A DNA stretch of 61,858 nucleotides, the filler included, from Sphacelaria rigidula (lineage: Eukaryota), in assembly GCA_964200075.2 (NCBI GenBank). It is 7 parts of 7 records of this genome, joined end to end, with 100 filler letters (N's around TTAATTAATTAA, not from the genome) between each part and the next. Parts side by side here need not be neighbours in the genome. Positions count along the whole stretch, not along the records: positions 17,706 to 26,457 come from CAXNAA020010191.1; positions 26,558 to 35,308 come from CAXNAA020010192.1; positions 35,409 to 44,158 come from CAXNAA020010193.1; 4 more parts are not named here. One strand, written 5' to 3'. The notes beneath the pieces are model-generated. The model worked only from the letters and a program-made list of their open reading frames with translations. It had not been told where the DNA came from and ran no database searches. The translations under genes were made by a program, and so were the position numbers. Below, one piece after another: positions 24,289 through 36,231 of the stretch. Numbering within the stretch: the stretch's first letter is position 1; the number at the start of each line of letters is the position of its first letter.

Positions 24289-26557
24289 GTCCCAGTAGAG
24301 GTCGATGTTTGTTTCCCCTTGCTACAGTCGTCGAAGGACTCATGATGTGGATGTCGGTGCACCGATTCATCACAGCGTGTCACAAGGGTGCGTGTACGAA
24401 GTTTCTGCCGCGGGGAGACCGTGTGTAGGGCGTATGGTCTGTATTACGAAAACATCTTCCACCACTGCGCTAATTTCGGCGCCGCGACGAAACGTGCCCC
24501 CACTTGGTGTACATGCAGGCTGCATCATACCCAACTCGTGTGCAAATTTTCACGTGGGGTTTTACACCCTGGGGGGATGACTTCACAATCAAGTTTCAAT
24601 AAAATACGGCAAAATAATAGCAGTGGGCCAGTGAAGATACGGCGGGAACGATTGCGCCGCATATTCCGCGCAGGGGAACACAGAGCATGCAGCCGTCGTA
24701 TCTTCACTCTGACTCTCCCGTCTCAGTGATGTCCATCCATGTGCAGGGGCCCGCAAGCGCTCTGTCGGGCTGCGTGCGAAAGATGTAGTCGCGGCACCTC
24801 ATCTCCCCCATGAGACCGCGGACAATAATGACTGCAACCTACAGCATCCACACGGCAGCAGCAATGCATATGTTTTACTGACTGTGAAAACGTGTGTCGT
24901 GGACTCAGGGTGTGTGGGCGGGGGGACGGGGGGTTGTCTGTTTTGAAGACAAATTACTTGGTAGTTCTGTTCTTTTGTGTGTACTCTTCGCCCTCTGTAA
25001 TGCTGTCGTGCGCTTCCGCCCGAGCCCCCCCCCAGTGGCAAAGTATGGAGGAAACGATATCATCGTCTCGCACAAACTTGAAGGGGCATCTCGACCTTGA
25101 TCATTTTTCATCAGTTAAAAATGCCTTGCTGGTCATGGGATGGAAAAGTTGCAACAACGCGAAATAGTTGCTTATATGGCGCGGGAGGAGGTGGGGGTAT
25201 GCTGCAGCATCTTCCTCCGGCAGTCGCAACACGGGTGTGCGAGCGTCATCCAGGATATTAATCAATTACAAGCCAAGCGACGGTAGGGGTGCACATTTCA
25301 GTTCAAAATATTTCTGTGGCTGAACACTAGGGCTCGCCCACAACATGTTTGGGATGGAGAGAGTCCTACGGCAAATAGGATCAGGACATTTAAACAAACA
25401 TCCCTGCGGTGGTATAGCCCTCAGGAGTTGCTAGCGTGCGAGCATTTCGGTCTATCATTGAAGAAGGTTCTTTCGCTGTAACCAAATATAAGCGCGTAGG
25501 TGTTTGCCTCTAAAACGACTTCCTGTAGACTGCATCGAACAGTGAAGACATCCCCGCCTCGGCCAACCACCGCTCGCCACCGACGGAGATATCCCAGACA
25601 GGGGGGAAAGTTGCTGCACAATTTTTACTGCGGACTCCCGGACGGTACTTTACAGTATTAGACCGAGGCCCACCGCGTGGAAGAATCGCTGCAGAAAACA
25701 GTTTTGACATAGACTGCGGGCGCCGGCGCGGCGGGCACACACATCATACACGCGGGGCAGACATTTCAGGGGCGTTGTTGCCCATAAGCGGGAGGGTGCA
25801 GATATTTTGTTTGCAGCACTACTGTTCCGCGATCGCGACGCCTTCCGCGGCATGTAATGCCTCCCCTATTGTTGGCCTGCGGGTCAGCGTCCGGTTAGGG
25901 ATGGGGAACACGAAATTTCAACCCTCGTCGCACACAAGTCATCCTGCGTTTGGTAGACACACCCCGTCTTCCAATTTCACAGTGGGACAATCTGCGATGC
26001 TGTCAGCTCCATATTTACGGCATACATAAGACCCGGCAACTCCACCAACCCTGCCTTAATACCTAGTAGCCCGCTACTCTCGCTTCATCGCCGGCGTGAC
26101 GCTCCGGTATTCCTCACCTCCCACGTTACGAGTGACTGCCAACACCTGATCACGAACGGGATACGCGCGGTGAACATGGTTAAACTTGGAGATGAATGGT
26201 GGCCACAGATGGCGAAACAGGACCGGAATAAGATATGTTAAGGGTTTTTGTGAAATCTATGGAATGAACTTTATGAACACCCAACTGTTGGAGGTGTCTC
26301 CATTAGGAGTAAGAGCGGTACTCCGTCTCGAAAGGGATGCGTGGTAAGCGGTCAAACGACCAAGGCAATCAGCAGTTGAGTCTCTCCACCCCCCCCCCCC
26401 CCCCACCCCCCCCCCCGCCCGCCCCCCCCCCCCACCCCCCCCACCCCCCCACACCCCNNNNNNNNNNNNNNNNNNNNNNNNNNNNNNNNNNNNNNNNNNN
26501 NTTAATTAATTAANNNNNNNNNNNNNNNNNNNNNNNNNNNNNNNNNNNNNNNNNNNN

Positions 26558-26695
26558 CATATGTTAGCCGCCCCGACACAGACGAACCTAGAGATCTAGA
26601 GTCATCACTTGAGAACGCACTTCAGCCTACAAGTGCGTTCTCAAGTGATGACTCTAGATCTCTAGGTTCGTCTGTGTCGGGGCGGCTAACATATG
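26558..26695. repeat. Perfect 65-bp inverted repeat with 8-nt loop at contig start (probable fold-back artefact)
   Basis: CATATGTTAGCC..GAACGCACTT - CAGCCTAC - AAGTGCGTTC..GGCTAACATATG; no mismatches, and it begins exactly at the first base of the contig. Confidence 0.9.
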
Positions 26696-27130
26696 TGGGA
26701 GGCGGTAATACTTCGGTGGGGAGTACTGGAGCGGAAGGCTCGCAACCCATAGGTCCGGCAGGATTCGTGTCTGGCGTATCTTCCACTGTTGCGACGAATG
26801 TAAAAGCACCGATGTCAAGTGCTGGAGCGCTGCCTTGGCGTCAAGTGACTCTAGGTACTAAGCAGAGTTTTTCTTCGGCAGGTGTGGTGCCTATCGACCG
26901 TAGCGCAGAATGCTTGCGCGCCGATCTATCTATACCCGGTTCTGTTAGTTCAATTATGGCTCGCGTTTTTCTTGACTTTGGATCAGCACTCTCATCAATA
27001 AGTGTGGGGTTGCTGCAACAGATGTCTTCACAGTTTGGATGCGCCCAGCTACAGCTACCATTTGAAAATGGACCGCAAACGGCACAGAGCGCCACGGGTG
27101 CGCCCGTGACTGTTGATCATAAAACGGTCT
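26674..27130 (+). pseudogene. Ty3/gypsy LTR-retrotransposon aspartic protease relic
   Basis: ..IMARVFLDFGSALSSISVGLLQQM..AQSATGAPVTVDHKTV is a retropepsin LD[S/T]G[S/A]xxS motif with the S replaced by F. It is truncated, with no RT or integrase downstream. Confidence 0.7.
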
Positions 27131-27927
27131 CACATATGTTATGCAACATGAAATTCTTGACAAGGTTATACCGTTGTAGCTACATATCCGATTGCAGGTA
27201 CGAGCACAGGTATATTATATACCTTGGGGGTGTGAGGGGCGGGCGTACTCATTTGTTGCTTGCCTTACTCATTTGACCATTGACCACGCATGCCTTTCGA
27301 GAGGGAGCACGTATATACCTTGGGGGGGTATGGATATAGGTTCAATCAAACACAACTTCATGACCTGAACATGTACTTCCCATCGATCAACCCACCCAGC
27401 TCCATCACTGCTGAGTGGAAACATGAAACATGAGCAGCACTACAGACCGTCAGGATGAATCACCCCCAGACTCGAGTGGTAGTTCGAAGGGGGGCGGTTC
27501 ATCTGCGCCACCCGGGGATCACGTAGCAAGACGCACGTCATTGACGTTGATGGTTGTGTCGTGGTCATCAGACCCCAGGCCGTTATCGACATGCACAGCA
27601 AAGAGTACTTCGTATGAACTGCCACCACCGGACGTCGTAAAGGCCGTCGACGATTTTGCCGTGCCGAAGGGCTTCCAGAGAGCGGGCAGCCGTGAATAAT
27701 GCTCCTTCATGTACTCTCTGGGAATGTACGTGAAGCCGATAGATGTTGACGATCCCATGAACATGTACTACTGCGAGTGTTCGTGTAGTCTTTCTTCATC
27801 AACCTCGTGGAGCCGTTCAGAGTTTTCGTGAACTGTCATCTGTAGTTCGCCACTATAGTGCCGTAGGTCCCATCACAGGGGTGATGGTAATATCCAGGTC
27901 ATGTTTTGAAGGGGGGCGGAGTTCTGT

Positions 27928-28260
27928 ATACCCGGGGTAATTTCCCGGGTATTTTCCGTGCCTTACAGTTCTGTGACTTCTGGAAGACCTTCAGACCAGT
28001 ACTCGACGATTCTGTAATTTCTGTAATACTTTCATACCCATACTCGATAGTTTTGTGAGTTCTCTAAGCCTCCCGTACCGTTACCGGGGGGCACGAGTAC
28101 GTCCTTGATGAGATACTGTACCCGGTTGGGGGTACGGTTTTCTGTGCAACCTCCATACCCTACCCGACAGTTTCTGTGAGTTCTGTAAGCCTCCCATACC
28201 CTTACCCGACAGTTGTATGAGTTCTGTACAAAATGTTTACCCGTACCCGAAGCGCGGGTA
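27928..28260. repeat. Non-autonomous TE-like repeat with tandem ~42-bp TACCCG/GAGTTCTGT units
   Basis: Repeated CCATACCC(T)TACCCGACAGTT(TC/GTA)TG(TG)AGTTCTGTAA units bounded by TACCCGGGGTA and GCGGGTA. Confidence 0.6.
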
Positions 28261-28916
28261 TGCAGTCTTGCAGTAAGAACAAACAAACAATTGTTTCAGA
28301 ACAGAATTTGAGCTCTTTTCATCCCCTCGCGCACTCCTGCAACGCCTGTATAAACCGGAATCTCGCGTTCATACTGGCTTCGGATTTTTGAAGTTGTGGT
28401 CGAAACACCTTGTGGGCGATTACAGGTGACTTGCAATACACCGCAACTTGTGAAGTACACTACCGACAAGGACACATGGAGTAGCCGGCATCACGAATGC
28501 ATGACTGAAGTGCTCTGTAGGGCAGTCCACACAGACAGACAACAATACAACAGCAAGGCAGTGCAGCGAAGTGTTGGCATACGATGGTACAAAGTACTGA
28601 AGTTACTGTAATTTAAGTTACAGACAAACATTCGCTTAGGTAACGAGTATCTGTCTTCAAGTACACATAAAAATAGTAGATTCTATGGTGGTCGAAGCTC
28701 ACCAGCACACAGGAATGTCAGTCCCGCTCATCCTTACTTGGTCTTCTTCGCCCACCCGAGGTGTGTACGATACATGCCGTTGTTCTGTACAGCGAGTATC
28801 CCTTTTCGGAACAGTTTATTATACCGCGTTCTTCGGAGATTCCCCTCCCCCTAGCTCTCAGGTGGCAGCCGCGAAACAATCCAGTACTAATTTGTAACAT
28901 CTATGCGGACTGAGTG

Positions 28917-31900
28917 ATGTCTTGCATCCTTGTCTCCTTTTGTGTTTTCACCCTAGTACTCCTGAGAGTGGAAGTGTCAGGGTTCGTCTTTTCATGTCGA
29001 TGGAAGGTCAAAAGAGCCACTTCACCGTCGGCCCAAGGCCGTCACAAGGTGGGGGCAGGTGCGGGAGAGCGGAGTCGATGGGCGTTGCGCGGAGAGGGAA
29101 GCGGAGAGGAAAACAGCAATCGCTATGAAATTGGTGGGCGGTGCTCACGGGGTGATTTTCTGCATTCGGTAAGACATCGGGAATAGATTTGCGTTGTTGT
29201 ATGATCCTCTCATGAGCCGTGGGTTGATACGTGCGTTCATGATCCGTCCACTGGCTGCCGTTTGCAGCTAACGGTGTATAACACCCCCTCGGAACACAAG
29301 TTTGCGATGGTGCATAGGGTAAGGTGAGCCCCCGAGTACAGGTAACTTAGGTCATGGATAATACATGTGCTCTGGAGTACTCAGTATCTTTGACAGTCGA
29401 TGCTACAGGTATTAACTCACTTGAAAAATCAGTACACTACTTGCAAAAGAGTGCCGCATGTAACGTACAGTATGCTCATATTGATAATAGAGCATAATAT
29501 CAGTCCCGGGTGATGCAGAATGCCCTACAGGCTATGGCGCCGAAGTGGGTGACGTCTGGGCGTTAGTCGTGTGTCATTGCACCCGAAGGTATGTTTCTCT
29601 GGGGCTTCTGAGTGCTGTTTTTTGCAGTGTTCTTCAACATGTCCCATCCTAGAACATCAAAGAGGAACACATGCACGAAACTCATGAATCCGTAGCAAAT
29701 ACCCACTGCCTTTTGCTTTTCATGTGCAGTGTAAGCTGTAACGTGACCATCTTTGAAACAGGCAGAATTCTCGCGTGACTACCTTCGAACGGGACGTCAA
29801 GAATGAAAACCTCACGCGACCATCTCATCTTTGAACCGGTTCAGGCAATAATAAGAACCTTCCTGAGAAAAAACAAGCACGAGAGTGAGTCCAATGATCG
29901 TGTCAAGGAGATACTGTAGGCGGGGTGCGACAGAACCCCCCCCCCCCCCACTAGTGTACACAACAGTCACAAATACGCGCCGTAGTACAAATAAAACCTG
30001 CATGAAAGTCATGCCTCCGTCGGGTTGCGCAAAAGATTTCTCGGGTTTGAAATGCTAGGAGCCCTTCATCTCACCTAAAGAAAGTCCTGAAAAATGTGAC
30101 AGCACGCCACGATTAGCATTTCAATGGGCTACAGATATCTCGAATGAACTATGAAACGGGAATGTCCTGGCCCATATTCTTGTATGAGGCCATTTTTTAT
30201 GGCAACCAATCCGTATTTGTACAAGTATATGAGGATTTCAGCCCGTCTACAGGCGATTATCTCCCGTGAATTGATTTTTCGGACCCCAGTCCTCTGGGCA
30301 ATGTTTTTTGGCTAGCTCTGAGGAAACCAGAAATACTCTCCAATTCTCTGGACGTTGACTTTGGTTCATCACCTTTCTGCTCAAATCGGGAGGCTCCCGC
30401 ATCTCACCCCAATCGATCGGTCGGGGGCCCAAATCGGGGGAGATACGGGAGCCTCCCGATCTGAGCAGAAAGGTGATGAACCAAAGTCAACGTCCAGAGA
30501 ATTGGAGAGTATGTCTGGTTTCCTCAGAGCTAGCCGAAAAACATTGCCCAGAGGACTGGGGTCCGAAAAATCAATCCACGGGAGATAATCGCCTGTAGAC
30601 GGGCTGAAATCCTCATATACTTGTACAAATACGGATTGGTTGTCTTCAAAAATAGTATAACTCCCAACTTCGTGAGCCGCCCAATGAGAAATATCTGGTC
30701 CCAAATGTGCAACCCTACCGTGGCATGACTCTTGAACTATAAGTGTTTGGCCTCAGCATTGACCACGGCCAACGAATGTCCTGGCATTGGTCTGCTTGTT
30801 TGCGTGGATCGCGTGCGCATTGATAAACGCGGTCCGCGCGGTATGCAAGCCGTTGGCCCCACCTATTTGTTTCTTTGGTTGTTTTAGCATGTATTCTGTC
30901 GTCTCTACCTCAGATTCATATCTCTGGCTCATAATCCAAGAATAGACATGTACCTGTGCGCTGTTGCTTCATCGATCTGGCAGACTTCCTGTCCAGGTGT
31001 ATTGCGGCATTGCACCTCATAGCATTATTCAGGTCGGCCACCTAGATGTAAACAAAGTTATTTAGGACATGAATATGTAAAGTGCAAGCATATATTACAT
31101 CGCCATCTCTGTATACGGTTGCTTGCGAGTGGCGTGTGTGAAAAATGTCAGATTTCACGTGTCCGGCCACACTAATCAACTGCTTTGCGTGCGGTATTCG
31201 CGGCAATGCATACTGCTGCGGCAGCGCAACGGTGAACGTGACCCACCCCCTGTGTGCTCTTCTCCGTTTTATGTTGAAACCACCAATCAGCTGGGGCTAG
31301 CGGGATCGACGATATTTTTGGGACAGGCTTTGAGTGGGCGCCCAGACGCAGTATTGGCAAAGGAAGTAAAGGAAGAATTGCCAATGGTGGGGAAGATCAC
31401 CAAGAATGGTGTCAAGTACTTCGAATACCGTGTGGGCGACGGAGAATCACCAAGGCATGATGACGACCAGCTGTCTCGCAGTTTGTAGAGACTGACGCGG
31501 TGTGCGACGTTTTGTTGGTAAACGCTTTTAGAGCGCCGATCTCTGGGTCTTGTGCACTTTGCGGCTGGCACACCCGAGGTTTTCAAGTTGCTGGCATCCC
31601 GCATTTTGTCTCGTCATTCAAAAGTCAATTTTGTAACAAATATTTTGTGTTAATTTCGTGGCTTTGAGTGTTGACATGGATTTGGCCTTCTAACGAGTGT
31701 CTCGGGCAGGGACTTTTGAGGCTGTCCGCCCGATAGCCAGGAGGCATGCTAACAAATCCGCAAAGCACTGTCAAACTGAAACAATCGTACGCAGGTGGGG
31801 GCAAGCCTGCGTTGTCCGATTCGTGATGTACGGGCGGCCACAGCCGGGAGCGAAGTTGGAGCAGATCGAATCTTCCGACACCAACGGCGAGCCTTACCTA

Positions 31901-33675
31901 TTTAAGCACGGAAACGGTCAGCAGGTGTGTCCGAAACTGACTTATTTCGTTGATCAAATATTTGACAGACGGAAGATTGCAGGCTATGTACCCTGGGCCC
32001 ACTACCAGAGCCATAAACGTGTCTCCAGCGATTGTCTACTAGAGGTTTGAGAGTTGGGATTTGAGGGGGTGAGTTCGTCGACCACTCGAATGCCATCAGT
32101 TTTTTGTTATCAGTTTGTTGGGTCTTTTGAAGTGAAAATCTGAATGAGTATCCGCTTTTATATCCCGGAAAAAGAAACGAAAGCACTCCTTATGGTGGCC
32201 TTCGAATGGTGGATTATCCCCCCACCACGACAATTAAGGTCCCGGCTCTTGAGGCCTCTAGTAAACAGTCCGAGACGTGTAGATTTCGAAGGGGGTGAAA
32301 AAATTCCCATACATCAATCCTTATAGAAATATTCTTCTCCATATTTCTTTTGACCATAGCTTCCGAAGGGCGACGAGTTAGGAGCCAAAACGGGCATCGT
32401 TGTTGTCACCTTGACGCCAGCTACACGTCCACTAATTTTCAGCGCAAATCGGGTTTGGATTCGAGTATCTTGATTTTGTACCAAACTGCCAACGGGTACC
32501 GCGACTACATCGTATTTGGTGTCCGAGGATAGTGTGGAGTAATGGAAGTGTAATCGTACCGCGCGGCGCACTCCAGGTTGGCTATACGGTTCCTGGGAAC
32601 CTAATAGTAGTGCTAATTTTGGTGTTGCTCGTCCAACTTGCTCCAGAGACACTTCCTTGGATCAAGTAGTGGGACCAGCTTGTAGTTACTGGGCGTCCTT
32701 TTGTCATCGGCTGCGTGAAGTGGGATCCTTGGTGCATCGATAATAATGCCCTCTGCTGGTGCTTTAACCCGCTGAACATTGGGGGCGATCGCTATACGAT
32801 GTGATGGTTTAAACAGTATGTACTTTTTCCCTTCAACGATGTCTATATCAGGGGGTTGGAAACTATTCGCACACACGTACGCGTTGTGTTGTCGCCACCG
32901 GGTTTTGCGGATATGTGTTGCTAGTTTGCTATGGAGAGAAAACCTCAGGAGTCACGTTTACTGCACGAGGTGCTGTGTCGACATCTTCCCGTTAAGTGAA
33001 CGACATGATGCATGCCCCCTGCCTGCTTCTCGGCGCATTACACCAACAGATCAAGGGAATGGAAGAGGGCGTGCACAGCATGCGGGTTGGAGGAAAGCGT
33101 CGCATCATTATTCCAAGAGAACTGGGATACACCGTTCCAGGCCTCGGACCCTACCCGGCATCGTCCCGAAACAGGGGCACTCTCAACAAGGTATCAGTTT
33201 AGTGGAGTTCTTTCAGATCTCCGCACATTCAGAGGTCTTTGTTCTGTGTTTTGCGCTGTCAGAGGTTATGATTCTGTCAGGTGGTTTAAAGTCGACTGCC
33301 AGCTGCGCGCCTACCATCATCAGACTCAGACACATATCTTTCAAGCATTGCGAGCAAGGTATTATGTCAGCCACTTAATTTCCACTTTTTGGCGCCTGCC
33401 AGATGCTGGATGCATTCGAAAAGTCGCCGGGAGAGCTGGTGATGGACGTGGAACTCCTGGACGCGTTCGACGACGAGGCGGACCAAGGATACTACGAAGA
33501 TGAAACGCCGACCCTCGAGGAGCTGCAACAAATTATGGATGACACTGCACCATTCTCCACGTCGTCGTTCGAATTGCTTCCGGGACAAACTAGACCTGCA
33601 GAGGACCTGAGCTCTAGTGGCAGTAGCCCTCCTCCGCGGCTGTCTGGACAACTTGGCGAAGAGATTGACCGCTAG
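28917..33675 (+). CDS. FKBP-type peptidyl-prolyl cis-trans isomerase, plastid (thylakoid lumen) targeted; complete 5-exon gene
   Basis: Exons 28917-29168, 31291-31454, 31795-31924, 33050-33190 and 33403-33675. Signal peptide ends VSG|F (ASAF-like), followed by a transit region, an SRGDFL (twin-arginine-like) motif, a hydrophobic stretch and VLA. FKBP domain: GVKYFEYRVGDGESPRWGQ..YLFKHGNGQQIKGMEEGVHSMRVGGKRRIIIPRELGY..ELVMDVELL. Confidence 0.9.
30203..30642. repeat. Near-perfect long inverted repeat (~207-bp arms, ~25-nt loop) in FKBP intron 1
   Basis: 30203-30410 is the reverse complement of 30436-30642 with only scattered mismatches. The right flank ends in ..GTGCAACCCTA (30717), a hAT-like terminus. 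Confidence 0.9.
32020..32277. mobile_element. Degraded MITE in FKBP intron 3
   Basis: GTCTC..TGTCTACTAGAGGTTTGAGAGTTGGGA..CCACTCGAATGCCATCA pairs with TGGTGGCCTTCGAATGG..TCCCGGCTCTTGAGGCCTCTAGTAAACA..GAGAC. Confidence 0.6.
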
Positions 33676-34944
33676 ATAAACGAGTGTACGACGCTGTGGC
33701 TGTGCGTTTTGCACGTCCCGAAGAGTTGTTGAAATGCCGTGCGATACGCCAGGTGTACTTTGGAGATTCCAGCCAGGAATAGGCACAGGCAGGCTCTCAC
33801 GGTTTAGATTTGAGTACAACCAATGTCTTCGTGAGATCGAGAGTAGAAGATAACGATTGAGAGTGAAGATCGCTCAATTAGTGAATAGATCGTTCCAGTT
33901 CCCAGGTACCCCTCCCCGAGGCCCGATATTCTTTCTGTAGTAGCGTGCCACTGAGGCCCTTGATATCCCTGAGTAGGATATCTACGTGTAGCTGTAAGCA
34001 CACGGCAGTGATGGAGACAAATAAACGCACACACGAAATTAAAATTTGGCTGAGTTGAAGGGAAAGATCAAAGGCACTCTCAATCCGCGTTCTACTCTCA
34101 ATCTCACGAAAACGTTTTTTACAGCGCTCAAACAACCTCGCGTCATTCGTGTACGTTCTCCCGACTCAAAAGACACGTAGATAGTCTGGATTGGGCTCTG
34201 CTAACGTGCACAGAGTACTACAATCCACCTTGTGACGTCATCCATGTATGTCAAAGCGTCCATCACCTCCAAAATCCCAGAATCCACCGTGGGCGACGTC
34301 AGTCGTCGTTCAAGATATTGGTCAAATCAGACTTTCCAAGTTTTATTGCTGGCCAACCAGAGATTTTCGTGCCACTAATTTTCCCTTCAGTCTGCCAAGG
34401 TCTACGGGTTGTGGCTGGGGTCCAGGGAAGTATACAGAATTAGGGTTGAGTCGTAACAATGAATGCTATGGAACGCTTCTTCCATGTACTTCGCCAGAAT
34501 CACATATGATTTCCATCACAAACACATCCGAACTTTTCCGCAAGCAGTGCGAGAAAGACATTCAACTACAGGTCTGGGGACGACAGGTCTGAACCACGTA
34601 TACAGAGAATGCTTTTGCCGAGACCATGAGATAGTTGACCGTAACTCTCTGAGCGCGAGGGTAGGTCATCTATCATAGTCATCTAGTCAGTTTTGAAGTG
34701 AAATTGGCACTAATTCAACCGGCAACAGCTTGCAAACAATGTCATACTCCGCAACTCCGTACGTACCAAGAAACCTATCAGTTGTGCTGCCGCTCCTCGT
34801 TGCAGCCTATTTACACATAAGATTGCAGAAACAAGTCTATCCATATATATCGGTCTTGCACTTCGCGAAAAATACCATCTACTCCATACGTATTACAGGC
34901 TGCTGAGATCACGGGTGCAGTGACCTACTTTGAGTAGAATAACC

Positions 34945-35307
<363 letters not shown>

Positions 35308-35812
35308 GNNNNNNNNNNNNNNNNNNNNNNNNNNNNNNNNNNNNNNNNNNNNTTAATTAATTAANNNNNNNNNNNNNNNNNNNNNNNNNNNNNNNNNNNN
35401 NNNNNNNNCCCGGCGGATTGTGGTGGCCCGCTGGCTGGTTGTTTTTTGGTGCTGTGGTCGCCGCACGTGCCTACACTTTTTCTTTTTTACGTGTTTTTTT
35501 TTCTATTTTTTTTCCATGTTTTCTGCATGTAGTGAAGTTCATTCCGGTTCCAGCAACCCTCGATTTCACATGGATTTTGAAGGCAAATGGAGCCAGGTGG
35601 CCCAAATTTTCTGCCTCCGGCGGCGCCTCCAACGAGGCCCCTCACCAGCCGGGGGGGGGTGGAGGGGCTCGCACAGGCGAGCCTCGAGCGTCTTTGCGCC
35701 GAGGCTTCGCTCGCCGATCATGGCTCGCTGCGCTCGCCCGATTCAATCGGTCTATCGGCTGCGCCGATATCCGATGCTTACAAGATCGGAAAACCTAGCC
35801 GATTTACAACCC

Positions 35813-36231
35813 TACAAATTGGGGGTGGGTCTTTTATTGGGAATGAGAAACCCGGAGAATTAAAATCGTCGTATCCACACCAAATCTTCGAAATATGGTT
35901 CCATTTCTTGACCTACTGATAGCTATTGACAACTGCTACACGCCATGGAAATTTGGATTTCGATCACCGAAATTTTGGGGGCCTACGTGAAAAAACAATT
36001 TAGGGAAATTCCGGGTGTCGGACCGGACGCAAAAATGGTTCCGAAATTGCTTTTTCACCTAGGACCTCAACATTTCGGTAATTAAAATCCAAATTTCCAC
36101 GGTGTGTAGCAGTTGTCAATAGCTATCAGTAGATGAAGAAGTGGAACCATATTTCGAAGATTTGGTGTGGATACAAAGATTTTTATTTTCCGGGCTTCTC
36201 ATCCCCAATACAAATACATCCCCAATTTGTA
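35813..36231. mobile_element. Foldback element with ~200-bp inverted arms
   Basis: GTATCCACACCAAATCTTCGAAATATGGTTCCA..CTACTGATAGCTATTGACAACTGCTACAC..GGAAATTTGGATTT pairs with AAATCCAAATTTCC..GTGTAGCAGTTGTCAATAGCTATCAGTAG..TGGAACCATATTTCGAAGATTTGGTGTGGATAC. Confidence 0.85.

Larger units (their letters stand above)
20844..26150 (-). pseudogene. Decayed DNA-transposon ORF, AcademX-like (XPG/PIN-type region, GW motif, Cys8 zinc finger, low-complexity tail)
   Basis: Minus strand reads SYGKHRAIALFCD..[frameshift ~21900]..PDLDACKKHLSKSNAVFEYWWGSF..FNGRGWG..[TGA 21693-21695]..VQILRCACNPERAASQHRCRSCRCSGNCTLSCGC (8 Cys), continuing to the stop at 20844. Stop-riddled coding fragments continue upstream to ~26150. 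Interrupted by MITEs. Confidence 0.55.

Noticed and set aside
26558..26695. Hairpin telomere or functional RNA hairpin
   Set aside because: A zero-mismatch palindrome beginning at the first base of a contig, inside a retrotransposon relic, is typical of a fold-back library or assembly chimera.
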